64,000 nt of DNA from Myxococcota bacterium (GTDB taxonomy: Bacteria; Myxococcota_A; UBA9160; UBA6930), in contig OZ245002.1 in the NCBI GenBank assembly GCA_965223415.1, positions 5,760,001 through 5,824,000 on the forward strand, written 5' to 3'. A program made the position numbers and the translations under genes. The notes under the pieces were generated by a model that saw only the letters and a program-made list of their open reading frames with translations, had not been told where the DNA came from and ran no database searches. Shown piece after piece: positions 1 through 9,183 of this stretch. Position 1 is the stretch's first letter. Every line of letters starts with the position of its first letter.

Positions 1-955
1 GGGCCAACGCCTCCACGGTGGCTTCCTGGCGAGCGGCGAGTACATGCCGCCGCGCACCGCCGTGCGCGGACCGGCCATCGACGCCTGGACCGAAGCCCTG
101 CGCGCCCGCGGCGGCGACCTGCTGGCCGCCGACGCCTCCCTGCTGGCCGGCATCCGTTACCCGAGCGAACCCCAGATGAAGCTCCTCCTGAAAGAGGGCC
201 TCGGCCAGACCTTCTGGAACACCCTCACGATCACCGGACACATCGAAGCCCGCGGCCGGCTCCTCGCGGAGATGACGTTCCCGGAGTTCGCCGACGTCGT
301 GGAGGAGGACGTGTCCGAGATGGGCATCGGCCACCTGGGCCGGGGCCTCCTCGTCGCCCACGGCCTCGACGAAGGCGGCGAGCCCGCGAAGGGCATCGGC
401 GGCCACGACGTCATGTGGTTCGCGCTCCGCGACCTGGCCTTCGGCGAGACCGACTACCCGGAGCCCCAGGTGCCGGAGAACATCGCGCGTCCCGAGGAGC
501 AGCTCGTGCTGCCGGGTGAGATCCCGGAGGCCCACGCCCGCTACCTCTACTTCCTGATGAACCTGCTGCTGATCGAGTTCCGCGCCGAGCGCGGCTTCTC
601 CCTCACCGAGAGCCTGCTGCGCGATCCCGGGCTCTTCGCCGGGCGCCGCGCCCAGGCCGAGAAGGCTGCCGAGATCGTCGGGCGCATCCGCACCGACGAA
701 GAGATCCACGTGCGCTCGCTGCGGCTCTTCCTGGGGGAGCTGCGCCACGTCCACTTCCAGGGCAGCAGCGGCGGGCGGACCCCCGGCCACGAGATCATCG
801 ACCCGATCTGGGACGGCATCGTGCACTGGGCGACCGTCGACCAGCCCAAGCTCGCTGCCGAGCAGCAACGCGAGCTCATCACCGGCCGCATCCGCGCCCA
901 CCCGGAGGGCGAGCGGATCCTCGCCGAGTTCGACGCGCTGGAGGAGGCGGCGTGA
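1..955 (+). CDS. Ferritin-like/diiron-carboxylate protein of unknown function, 5'-truncated by the window edge
   Basis: The frame is open from base 2 (GQRLHGGFLASGEYMPPR...). Helical protein with candidate metal ligands IEARG, HGLDE...GGH, EFRAE and DEEIH (ExxH). Its stop overlaps the next start (GTGA). Confidence 0.6.
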   Translation, partial: GQRLHGGFLASGEYMPPRTAVRGPAIDAWTEALRARGGDLLAADASLLAGIRYPSEPQMKLLLKEGLGQTFWNTLTITGHIEARGRLLAEMTFPEFADVVEEDVSEMGIGHLGRGLLVAHGLDEGGEPAKGIGGHDVMWFALRDLAFGETDYPEPQVPENIARPEEQLVLPGEIPEAHARYLYFLMNLLLIEFRAERGFSLTESLLRDPGLFAGRRAQAEKAAEIVGRIRTDEEIHVRSLRLFLGELRHVHFQGSSGGRTPGHEIIDPIWDGIVHWATVDQPKLAAEQQRELITGRIRAHPEGERILAEFDALEEAA

Positions 956-1806
956 GCGAGCGGGAGATCGTCTTCCGCACCGACGATGGCCTGCGCCTCG
1001 TCGCCTCGGCCTGGGGCGACCCGGACGCGCCGCCGGTGCTCTTCCAGCACGGCGGCGGCCAGACCCGCCACTCCTGGAAGGGCAGCGCCGAGGCCCTGGC
1101 CGATGCGGGCTGGCACGCCCTCACCCTCGACCTTCGCGGCCACGGCGAGAGCGATTGGTGCCCCGCTGAGGACTACACCCTGGGCCGCTATGGCCACGAC
1201 GCGGTGTGCGTCGCCCGTGCGCTGGGTCGGCCGCCGGTCGTGGTGGGCGCCTCGCTAGGCGGCGTCTCGGCGCTGCTCGGCACCCACGGCGCCGAGGGCT
1301 CGCCCTTCGCCGGCCTCGTGCTCGTGGACGTGACGCCGCGCATGGACATGGACGGCGCCGCCAAGATCATGGGCTTCATGTCCGAGCACGTTGAGGAGGG
1401 CTTCGCGACCCTCGAGGAAGCCGCCGACGCCATCGCCGCCTACCTCCCCCACCGCCCGCGCCCGAAGACCACGGAGGGGCTGGCGAAGAACCTGCGCCGC
1501 AAGGAAGACGGCCGCTGGTACTGGCACTGGGACCCAGCCTTCATGACCGGCCGCAGCCGGCCCGGCCTGGCGCTGCGCCAGGCCGATCTCCTCGACGCCG
1601 CCCGCGCCCTCGCCGTCCCGACGATGCTCGTGCGCGGCCGCATGAGCGAGCTGGTCACCGAGGAGCACGCGCGCGAGTTCCTGGAGCTCGTGCCCCACGC
1701 CCGCTACGAAGATGTGTCCGACGCCGGCCACATGGTCGCCGGCGACAAGAACGACGCCTTCACCGACGCGGTGGTGCGCTTCCTGGCCGAGCTCGCCGCC
1801 GGGTGA
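952..1806 (+). CDS. Alpha/beta-fold hydrolase
   Basis: HGGGQ oxyanion motif, DLRGHGES, nucleophile elbow GASLGG and C-terminal AGHMV His. Confidence 0.9.
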   Translation: MSEREIVFRTDDGLRLVASAWGDPDAPPVLFQHGGGQTRHSWKGSAEALADAGWHALTLDLRGHGESDWCPAEDYTLGRYGHDAVCVARALGRPPVVVGASLGGVSALLGTHGAEGSPFAGLVLVDVTPRMDMDGAAKIMGFMSEHVEEGFATLEEAADAIAAYLPHRPRPKTTEGLAKNLRRKEDGRWYWHWDPAFMTGRSRPGLALRQADLLDAARALAVPTMLVRGRMSELVTEEHAREFLELVPHARYEDVSDAGHMVAGDKNDAFTDAVVRFLAELAAG

Positions 1807-3212
1807 GCGAGCAAGCGAGCACTGCCGAGTCGGAGCCCCGCAGCCCCGGCTCCTGGACGAGCTATGACCACACCCGCGGCCGGCTGCTCGTGTCCCTGCT
1901 CGTGCTGTCGCTCCCGCTGATGGTGACGAGCCTCTCCCAGACCGCCTTCCAGATGATCGACCTCACCTTCCTCTCCTGGCTCGGCGAGGAGGCGACCACG
2001 GCCGTCGTGGTGACGAACCAGTCGATCCGCCAGGTCTTCTTCATGCTGGCGATGGGCGGGAGCTTCGGCGCCCAGGCGCTGATCGCCCGCGCCATCGGCG
2101 AGGGCAACCAGGACCGGGCCGAGCACGTCACCGGCCAGGTGCTGCTGCTCGGCGCCGCCCTCTCGGTGGTGGTCGCCCTGCTCGGCCTCTTCTTCGCCGG
2201 CCCCCTCCTCGCGGCGATGAACGTGAGCCCCGCCGTCCTCGAGCTCGGCATCCCCTACCTTCGCATCTCGCTGCTGCTCGCCTTCGGCTTCCTCTTCGGC
2301 ATGCTCTTCCAGGGCGTGCTCCAGGGCGCCGGCGACACCACCACGCCGATGGTGATCAGCATCGTGCAGATCCCCGTCACCCTCATCGCCGAGTACGTCC
2401 TCATGTTCGGCGCCGGCCCGATCCCGGCCCTGGGCATCGTCGGCGTCGCCCTCGGCCTGGCCGTGGGCCAGGTGTTCGGCCTGTGCCTCATGTTCCGCGT
2501 GCTCTTCAGCGGCCGGAGCCGCGTCCACCTGCGCGCGCACCACCTGAAGCCGGACCGCCCCTGGCTCGGCCGCATCCTCTCGCTCTCGTGGCGCCCGGGC
2601 CTGCAGATGATCGGCGGCTTCGTCGTGAATGTCGCCTTCCTCGGCCTGGTCGGCAGCTTCGGCGACAAGCCCCAGAGCGCCTACTCGATCGGCCTGCGCC
2701 TCGGCATGGTGGGCCCGATGATCGCCTTCCCCCTGGCCGGCGCCGCCGCCACCCTGGTCGGCCAGAACCTGGGCGCCGGCAACGTGCCCCGGGCCTGGCG
2801 GGCGATCGGCGTCGGCCTGGGCGTGCACGCGCCCCTGCTCTGGACGATCGCCCTCGGCCTGTTCTTCTTCCGCGAGCCGCTGATGGCCTTCTTCAGCGAC
2901 GACCCGGAGATCATCCGCATCGGCGCGGAGTTCATGGCCTTCCAGGCCGGCCAGTTCTTCTTCTTCGGCCTGTCCTTCGTCTTCTTCCGCACCCTCCAGG
3001 GAGCGGGCGACATGACGGTGCCGATGGCGATCTCGATCGGCCTCTCGACGCTCTTCACCATCCCGCTGGGCTTCTACCTGGCGAGCGACTGGGGCCAGGG
3101 GATGGGACCGCGGGGCGTGTTCACGGCGAGCCTGGCGAGCGCGGCGCTGATGACGCTGCTGAACGGCGCGTACCTCCTGACGGGGCGCTGGACGAGGAAG
3201 CGGCTGGGCTGA
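1803..3212 (+). CDS. MATE family efflux transporter
   Basis: About 12 hydrophobic segments in two repeats with LQGAGDT/LQGAGDM and LVGQNLGAG motifs. Confidence 0.92.
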   Translation: MSEQASTAESEPRSPGSWTSYDHTRGRLLVSLLVLSLPLMVTSLSQTAFQMIDLTFLSWLGEEATTAVVVTNQSIRQVFFMLAMGGSFGAQALIARAIGEGNQDRAEHVTGQVLLLGAALSVVVALLGLFFAGPLLAAMNVSPAVLELGIPYLRISLLLAFGFLFGMLFQGVLQGAGDTTTPMVISIVQIPVTLIAEYVLMFGAGPIPALGIVGVALGLAVGQVFGLCLMFRVLFSGRSRVHLRAHHLKPDRPWLGRILSLSWRPGLQMIGGFVVNVAFLGLVGSFGDKPQSAYSIGLRLGMVGPMIAFPLAGAAATLVGQNLGAGNVPRAWRAIGVGLGVHAPLLWTIALGLFFFREPLMAFFSDDPEIIRIGAEFMAFQAGQFFFFGLSFVFFRTLQGAGDMTVPMAISIGLSTLFTIPLGFYLASDWGQGMGPRGVFTASLASAALMTLLNGAYLLTGRWTRKRLG

Positions 3213-3301
3213 GGCAGCCTCCCGCGGCCGGAGCGATTCCGCGCGAGGGCGCCTACAAGAAGACTGAGCGGCTCGGGAGCGACGACGCAGCGACAGTGCC
3301 G

Positions 3302-4501
3302 CTACGTCCGCCCAGCAGCCGCAGCGTTCGTCAGCGGCAGCCGCAGCCACCCCCGCAAGATCCCCGTCGGAATCCGGGCACCGTCCCTGGGACGGAGCCG
3401 CACCTCCGGCAGCAGCTCGGCGAGCGCCTCGAGCCCCACCCGCGCCTCGAGCCGCGCGAGGTGCGAGCCCAGACAGAAGTGGATGCCGTGGCCGAAGGCC
3501 ACGTGGTCGCCCGGGCGGCGGGCGAGGTCGAGCTCGCCGGGGCGCTCGAAGTGGCGGGGGTCCCGGTTCGCGGAGGCGAAGAAGATCATCAGCACGTTGC
3601 CTTCGCGGATCTTCTGGCCGTGGAGCTCCAGATCCTCGTTCGCCACGCGGGCCAGGCAGTTGACCGGGGACTCGAGGCGCAGCAGCTCCTCGACGAGATC
3701 CGGGATGCGTTCCGGCCGGGTGCGCACGAGCTCGACCAGGTCGGGTCGGTCCTGCAGGACGAGGGCGGCGTTCGAGAGCAAGTTCGTGGTCGTCTCGTTG
3801 CCCGCCGCCCACAGGAGCTGACACAGGCCGACGAGCTCGTCGGGCGCGAGCGGGCTCTCGTCGTTCTCCGAGGCGTCGATCAGGGCGGAGAACAGGTCGT
3901 CCTGCCGGTCGCGACGCCGCGCCTCGATGAACTCGGCGAGGGTGGCGTGCATCTCCTGCATCACGTTGGGCATGTCGTCGAGCGAGAGCTCGCCGGCGGC
4001 GGAGACGCTGGTCGTCGCGTTCCACATGCGCAGTCGATCGTGGTACGCGGGCGGGATGCCGAGAATGCCGGCGATCACGCTCACCGGCAGCGGGCTGGTG
4101 AAGGAGGCGACCAGGTCGGCCTCCTCGCCCTCGGCCAGCCGCTTGCGGAGACGGTCCAGCAGCCCGCGCGCGATCCCGCGCACCCACTCCTCCCGCTCGG
4201 CGGTGATGCGCGGCGTGAAGGCCTTCGACAGGATGCGGCGGAGCCGGTCGTGATGGGGCGGGTCGTCCTGGATGAGGGGCTGGCGCGGGAGACCGGCCTC
4301 CTCGGAGCGTCCGATGGCGCCGCCCTTGGACGAGAAGCGGGCCGGGTCGTGCAGGATCGCCATCACGTCGTCGTAGCGGGTGATCGCCCAGAAGCGGTTC
4401 TCCTCGCACCAGTAGACCGGGGCCTCGTCCCGCAGGTGTGCCCAATGAGCGTACGGGTCGGCGACGTAGGCGGGATCGTTGAAGGGGAGCCATTCGGTCA
4501 T
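3302..4501 (-). CDS. Cytochrome P450
   Basis: I-helix AAGNETT, K-helix EELLR (ExxR), heme ligand FGHGIHFCLG, and DPPHH. Confidence 0.97.
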   Translation of the reverse strand: MTEWLPFNDPAYVADPYAHWAHLRDEAPVYWCEENRFWAITRYDDVMAILHDPARFSSKGGAIGRSEEAGLPRQPLIQDDPPHHDRLRRILSKAFTPRITAEREEWVRGIARGLLDRLRKRLAEGEEADLVASFTSPLPVSVIAGILGIPPAYHDRLRMWNATTSVSAAGELSLDDMPNVMQEMHATLAEFIEARRRDRQDDLFSALIDASENDESPLAPDELVGLCQLLWAAGNETTTNLLSNAALVLQDRPDLVELVRTRPERIPDLVEELLRLESPVNCLARVANEDLELHGQKIREGNVLMIFFASANRDPRHFERPGELDLARRPGDHVAFGHGIHFCLGSHLARLEARVGLEALAELLPEVRLRPRDGARIPTGILRGWLRLPLTNAAAAGRT

Positions 4502-5094
4502 GTCGGGATCTCCTCGATGTACAGGGACATCAGGACTTCCAGGTCCTGTCGGCGCGAAGCCGGGGGCGCGTCGGTGGCGATCAGGTAGCCGAACACGCTG
4601 GTCAGGAAGAGACGCGCCGCCTGGGCGGGCTCGAGGCCGGCACGCAGGTCATCGTTGCGGGCTCCCTCGGCGAAGCGGCGGCCGATCTCGCGTACCAGCG
4701 GGAATGGCTGATCGTCGAGGGGGAGCCCTTCCGGGCGCCGCACGTACACCCGCAGCATGTCGCGGAAGAGCTGCGGGTCGCCGATGCCGTCCTCCGCTTC
4801 GATCAGGCCGTCGACGAACACGCGCATCGCGGAGCGCAGGCCGGTCACGCCCGCCAGCTGCTCGACGACGCCCCGCTCGAGGTTCCACTGCAGCGCGAGC
4901 AGCACGTGCTCCTTCGTCGGGAAGTGGAAGTAGAAGCTGGCCCGGGAGACGCCGGCCCGCTTCGCGATGGTGGAGACGCTGGTCCGATCGAAGCCCTCAC
5001 GGCGGAAGGCCTCGATGGCGGATTCGAACAAGCGCCCCCGGGTCCGATCCCGCTGACGATCTCGTGCGGTGGGAGCGTGGAAGGGGAACTCCAT
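4498..5094 (-). CDS. TetR/AcrR family regulator
   Basis: HTH region FRREGFDRTSVSTIAKRAGVSRASFYFHFPTKE. Start chosen at ATG 5094. Stop overlaps the P450 start. Confidence 0.9.
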   Translation of the reverse strand: MEFPFHAPTARDRQRDRTRGRLFESAIEAFRREGFDRTSVSTIAKRAGVSRASFYFHFPTKEHVLLALQWNLERGVVEQLAGVTGLRSAMRVFVDGLIEAEDGIGDPQLFRDMLRVYVRRPEGLPLDDQPFPLVREIGRRFAEGARNDDLRAGLEPAQAARLFLTSVFGYLIATDAPPASRRQDLEVLMSLYIEEIPT

Positions 5095-5210
5095 GCCCAG
5101 GTAGGATGGCGATGAAGCTGACAGCCGCCAATCAAAACCGACGATCGTCACCCCGAGGGGATCCAAGAGGCTCCGCCAGTTCCCCGCGACGCCTGCGCGG
5201 ATCGACGGGG

Positions 5211-5759
5211 CTAGGCGCGCTGGCAGCGCCGCCGCGTCGCGAGCGCGAGGCCCGCGAGCGCCAGCAGGGCAGCGACCGAGGCCTCGGGGGCGAGGATCAT
5301 GCCTTCGGCGACCGGGTCCATGCCGGCGGGGAACAGGGTCGCGAGGTCGTAGGTCGCACCGGTCCAGGTCGCGCGGTCCCAATTCGCCGTCCCGGAGAGA
5401 TCGGCGCCGACGAGCGTCGCGTTGGTGAAGTTCGCGTTGCGGAGCTGGGAGCCGGACAGGTTCGCGTTCGTCAGGTCGGCGCCAGCGAAGGTGGCTCCGC
5501 GGAGCTGGGCGGAGAGGAAGAACGCGCCCAGGAAGCTCGTGCCGCTGAAGTCGGTGTTCCGGAGGTTCGCGCTCGACAGGATGATGCCGTCGAGGTGCGC
5601 TCCGGCGTGCACCTCGTTCGCGTGGTTCTCGCCACTGTGATCGGCCCCGGCCAGCAGCGGACTGGCGCCGGCGGCAGACGCGGCCACCAGGGCCAGCGCG
5701 AACGCGAGCGTCGCCCTGCGGACGGTCTGGCGAAACGGACTGAGGGGGAAAGGGGGCAT
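5211..5759 (-). CDS. Secreted pentapeptide-repeat protein with PEP-CTERM-like anchor
   Basis: Signal peptide, then A(D/N)Lxx repeats (ANLRN TDFSG, AQLRG ATFAG ADLTN ANLSG). C-terminus APEASVAALLALAGLALATRRR. Confidence 0.8.
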   Translation of the reverse strand: MPPFPLSPFRQTVRRATLAFALALVAASAAGASPLLAGADHSGENHANEVHAGAHLDGIILSSANLRNTDFSGTSFLGAFFLSAQLRGATFAGADLTNANLSGSQLRNANFTNATLVGADLSGTANWDRATWTGATYDLATLFPAGMDPVAEGMILAPEASVAALLALAGLALATRRRCQRA

Positions 5760-5850
5760 TCCCCAGCTTCTTCGGTGAGCTGAGTCACGATCTTGACCCC
5801 GCGGGGCAACTGCGGTCGAGAGGGCTCCCCGCGGGTCGGCACAGCGTGGC

Positions 5851-8800
5851 CTAGGCGGCCTCCTCGGCCGGGATCCCGGCCTCCTCGGCGGCTCCCCGGC
5901 CCCGCGCCCCACGCAGGTCCTCCAGGATCACGTAGCCCGCCGGTACCACGAAGAGCGTGATGAAGGTGGAGAACGCCACGCCGAAGGCGAGCGAGATGGC
6001 CATCGGGACCAGGAACTGGGCCTGGACGCTGCGGTTCAGCATCAGCGGCAGGAGCCCGACGAAGGTGGTCATCGAGGTCAGCAGGATCGGCCGGAAGCGG
6101 GAAGCGGCGGCCTCGGCGACGGACTCGTGGATGGTCGCGCCCTGCTCGCGGCGCCCGTTCACGTGGTGGACCAGCACCAGGCTCGAGTTCACGACGACGC
6201 CGGAGGCCGCGATGATGCCCATGATCGACATCATCGCGAGGCCGCTGACCAGATCGAAGCTCTTCATCAGCATGTGGCCCAGGATGGCGCCGACGAAGGC
6301 GAACGGGATCACGCTCATGATGATGAAGGGCTGGACGTAGGACCGCAGCGGAATGGCCAGGAGCGCGTAGATCACGAACAGCGCGATGGCGAAGTTGGGG
6401 AGCAGGCTGGCCATCGCCTCGCCCTGCTCGCGCTGGGTGCCCTCCAGGCGCGTCGTCACCCGAGGATGGTCCCGCATGATCTCGTCCAGGGGACCGGCCC
6501 GCAGACTGGCCAGCACCTCGTTGGCGGTGATCTGGGTGCGGTCGACATCCGCAGTGACGTTCACGACGCGGCGCCGGTCCGCGCGGCGGATGGTCGAGAA
6601 GCCGCGTCCGAGGCGCGCCTCGGCCACGGTAGCGAAGGGCACCTCGGAGCCGTCCGGCGTGCGGATGCGCATGTCGTCGAGGGCGCCGAGGGAGCGTCGC
6701 TCCGCCTCCGTGTAGCGGACCATCACCCGGACGTCGTCGCGACCGCGCTGGACCCGCTGGATCTCCTCGCCGTAGAACGCCTGGCGCACCTGGCGGGCCA
6801 GGTCGCCGAGGCCGAGGCCCAGGGCCTCGCCGCTCGGCAGGATGTCGAGCTTGAGCTCTGCCTTTCCGGAGCGGAAGGAATCGGCGATGTCGATGACGCC
6901 CGGGTACTCGGCCAGCTTCCCCCGGATCGCAGCGGCGACGCTGCGCAGCTCCTCGACGTCGTGGCCCTCGAGCTGGATGTTGATGGCCTCGCCCACGCTG
7001 AAGAGCGACGTCGCGAAGGTCAGCTCCACCGCGTCCTGCACGTGACCGACCTGCTGGCGCCACAGGTCCGCCACCTCCCGGGTCTCGAGGCTGCGCGATT
7101 GGCTGGGCGTGAGCTGCATCGTCACCTCGCCCAGGTGACCGCCGCCGACGGCCGGGTCGGAGCCCCCGGGCGGCCCCGCGCCGCCGCTGGATACGGGCTG
7201 TCCTCCGACGGCCGACAGGATGTGCATCACGGGCGGCGCGTCCTCGAACTGGGCGGCCAGCTCCGTCGCGACCTGCTCCGCCGTCCGCTCGAGGTGGAGC
7301 ACCGCCTCCCCGGTCACCCGCGCCGGCGTTCCCAGCGGCATGGTGAGCTTGGCGATCACCCGATCGGATTCGAGGGGAGGGAAGAAGGAGAACGGCAGGC
7401 GACCGCTGGCCAGCGCGCCGATCGTCGAGACGAAGATGGCGAAGGCCACGGCGATGGTGGCGTAGCGCAGCTCGACCACCTGCTCGACCGCCGGCTGGAA
7501 GCGCTCGCGAACGAAGCGCTCGAGGCCCGCAGCGAAGCGCGCCTGGAGCGCGATGACCCGCTCGGCCTCGCGGTCGAAGCCGCCGCTCTTGTGCCAGGCG
7601 TAGAGGCCGGAAGTAGCCGCGATCACCAATGCCAGATAGCTGCGCGCGTCCCAGGCGAAGCCGATGAGCGCGATCCCGAGCACCGGCACCAGCATCAGGC
7701 CCACCTCGGCGGCGGGGCTCTCCGCGTGCCGGTGGCCCAGGTGGGCGGGCAGCACCAGCTGGGACTCGATCAGGGAGAAGGCCAGGCAGCACATCACCAC
7801 CGTGGCAATCACCGACTGGATCTGGCCGATCGTGCCGGGCCCGAGCAGCAGCGGCGTGAACGCGGCCACGGTCGTGAGCACGCCGAAGATGACGGGAACC
7901 GACACCTCCTGGGTTCCCGCGATCGAGGCCGGCAGCCAGCTCTCGTTGCGCTGCTGGTGCGAATGGACGTTCTCTCCCACCACGATGGCGTCGTCCACCA
8001 GGATGCCGAGGACGAGGATGAATCCGAAGAGCGAGATGCTGTCGATCGAGAGGCCGAGCAGCGACGCCAGCCACAGCGCCCCCAGGAAGGACACCGGTAC
8101 GCCGACACTCACCCAGAACGAGAGCCGCGGCCGCAGGAAGAGCGCAAGCAGCAGGAGCACCATCAGGAAGCCCTGCCGCGCGCTGTCCAGCAGCGTGTCG
8201 AGGCGGTCCCGGAGCATCACCGAGTTGTCGCTCCAGATGGTGAGCTCCACGCCGGCTGGCAGGCGCTGCCGCGCCTCGGCGAGGTAGACGTTCAGCGCCG
8301 CGGTGATGTCGAGGATGTCCTGGTCGCCGACCCGCGACACGCGGATGATGGCCGCTGGCTTCCCGTCGAAGCGCACGAGCTGGTCCGTGTCCTCGAAACC
8401 GTCTACCACCCGGCCGATGTCGCGGACGCGCACCCGGGTGCCGTCGGGCCGGGTCAGGATCACGAGCTCCTCGAACTCGGCGCCCCAGTAGGCCTGGCCC
8501 TTGGTGCGCAGCAGCACCTCGCCGCCCTCGGTCTTGATGGCCCCGCCGGGCAGGTCGAGGGACGCGCGCCGGATGGCGGCGGCCACCTCCTGGAAGGACA
8601 GGCCGTGGCGGCGCAGCGAGGCCTCGGACACCTCGATCGAGATCTCGTAGGGCCGCGTGTTGGAGAGCTCGACCTGGGTCACGTCGGGCAGCGACGCGAT
8701 CTCGTCCCGCACCTGCTGACCGAGCTCCTTCAGGTCGCGCTCGTCGTGGGGCCCGGTGATCGCGATCTCCATCACCGAGCGCTGGGGGGAGACCAGGTTG

Positions 8801-9183
8801 ATGACGGGCTTCTCGGTCTCCTCGGGGAAGGTGTCGATGGCGTCGACCCGGTTCTTGACGTCGTCCAGGGCCTTGCTCTCGTCCGCGTCCTCGAAGAGCT
8901 CGACGCTCACCGAGCAGGCGCCTTCGACGGCGGTCGAGCGGACCCGTTCCACGCCCTCGATGCCCTCGATTTCCTCCTCGATCCGGACGCAGACGCCTTC
9001 CTCGGCCTCCTCCGGCGCCGCACCCCGGTACTCGACGCCGATGCTGATCACCGGCACGTCGATGTCCGGGAAGGACTTCTGGGGCATGGCCGGAAGCGAG
9101 GCGAAGCCGCCGACGACGATCACGCCGAGCAGCAGGTTCGCCGCCACGTCGTTGCGGGCGAACCAGGCGATCGCCCCCTTCAC
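5851..9183 (-). CDS. RND efflux permease (AcrB/AcrD/AcrF family)
   Basis: Starts VKGAIAWFARNDVAANLL. Contains LGILVDDAIVVGEN and RFRPILLTSMTT. About 1110 aa. Confidence 0.95.
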   Translation of the reverse strand: MKGAIAWFARNDVAANLLLGVIVVGGFASLPAMPQKSFPDIDVPVISIGVEYRGAAPEEAEEGVCVRIEEEIEGIEGVERVRSTAVEGACSVSVELFEDADESKALDDVKNRVDAIDTFPEETEKPVINLVSPQRSVMEIAITGPHDERDLKELGQQVRDEIASLPDVTQVELSNTRPYEISIEVSEASLRRHGLSFQEVAAAIRRASLDLPGGAIKTEGGEVLLRTKGQAYWGAEFEELVILTRPDGTRVRVRDIGRVVDGFEDTDQLVRFDGKPAAIIRVSRVGDQDILDITAALNVYLAEARQRLPAGVELTIWSDNSVMLRDRLDTLLDSARQGFLMVLLLLALFLRPRLSFWVSVGVPVSFLGALWLASLLGLSIDSISLFGFILVLGILVDDAIVVGENVHSHQQRNESWLPASIAGTQEVSVPVIFGVLTTVAAFTPLLLGPGTIGQIQSVIATVVMCCLAFSLIESQLVLPAHLGHRHAESPAAEVGLMLVPVLGIALIGFAWDARSYLALVIAATSGLYAWHKSGGFDREAERVIALQARFAAGLERFVRERFQPAVEQVVELRYATIAVAFAIFVSTIGALASGRLPFSFFPPLESDRVIAKLTMPLGTPARVTGEAVLHLERTAEQVATELAAQFEDAPPVMHILSAVGGQPVSSGGAGPPGGSDPAVGGGHLGEVTMQLTPSQSRSLETREVADLWRQQVGHVQDAVELTFATSLFSVGEAINIQLEGHDVEELRSVAAAIRGKLAEYPGVIDIADSFRSGKAELKLDILPSGEALGLGLGDLARQVRQAFYGEEIQRVQRGRDDVRVMVRYTEAERRSLGALDDMRIRTPDGSEVPFATVAEARLGRGFSTIRRADRRRVVNVTADVDRTQITANEVLASLRAGPLDEIMRDHPRVTTRLEGTQREQGEAMASLLPNFAIALFVIYALLAIPLRSYVQPFIIMSVIPFAFVGAILGHMLMKSFDLVSGLAMMSIMGIIAASGVVVNSSLVLVHHVNGRREQGATIHESVAEAAASRFRPILLTSMTTFVGLLPLMLNRSVQAQFLVPMAISLAFGVAFSTFITLFVVPAGYVILEDLRGARGRGAAEEAGIPAEEAA

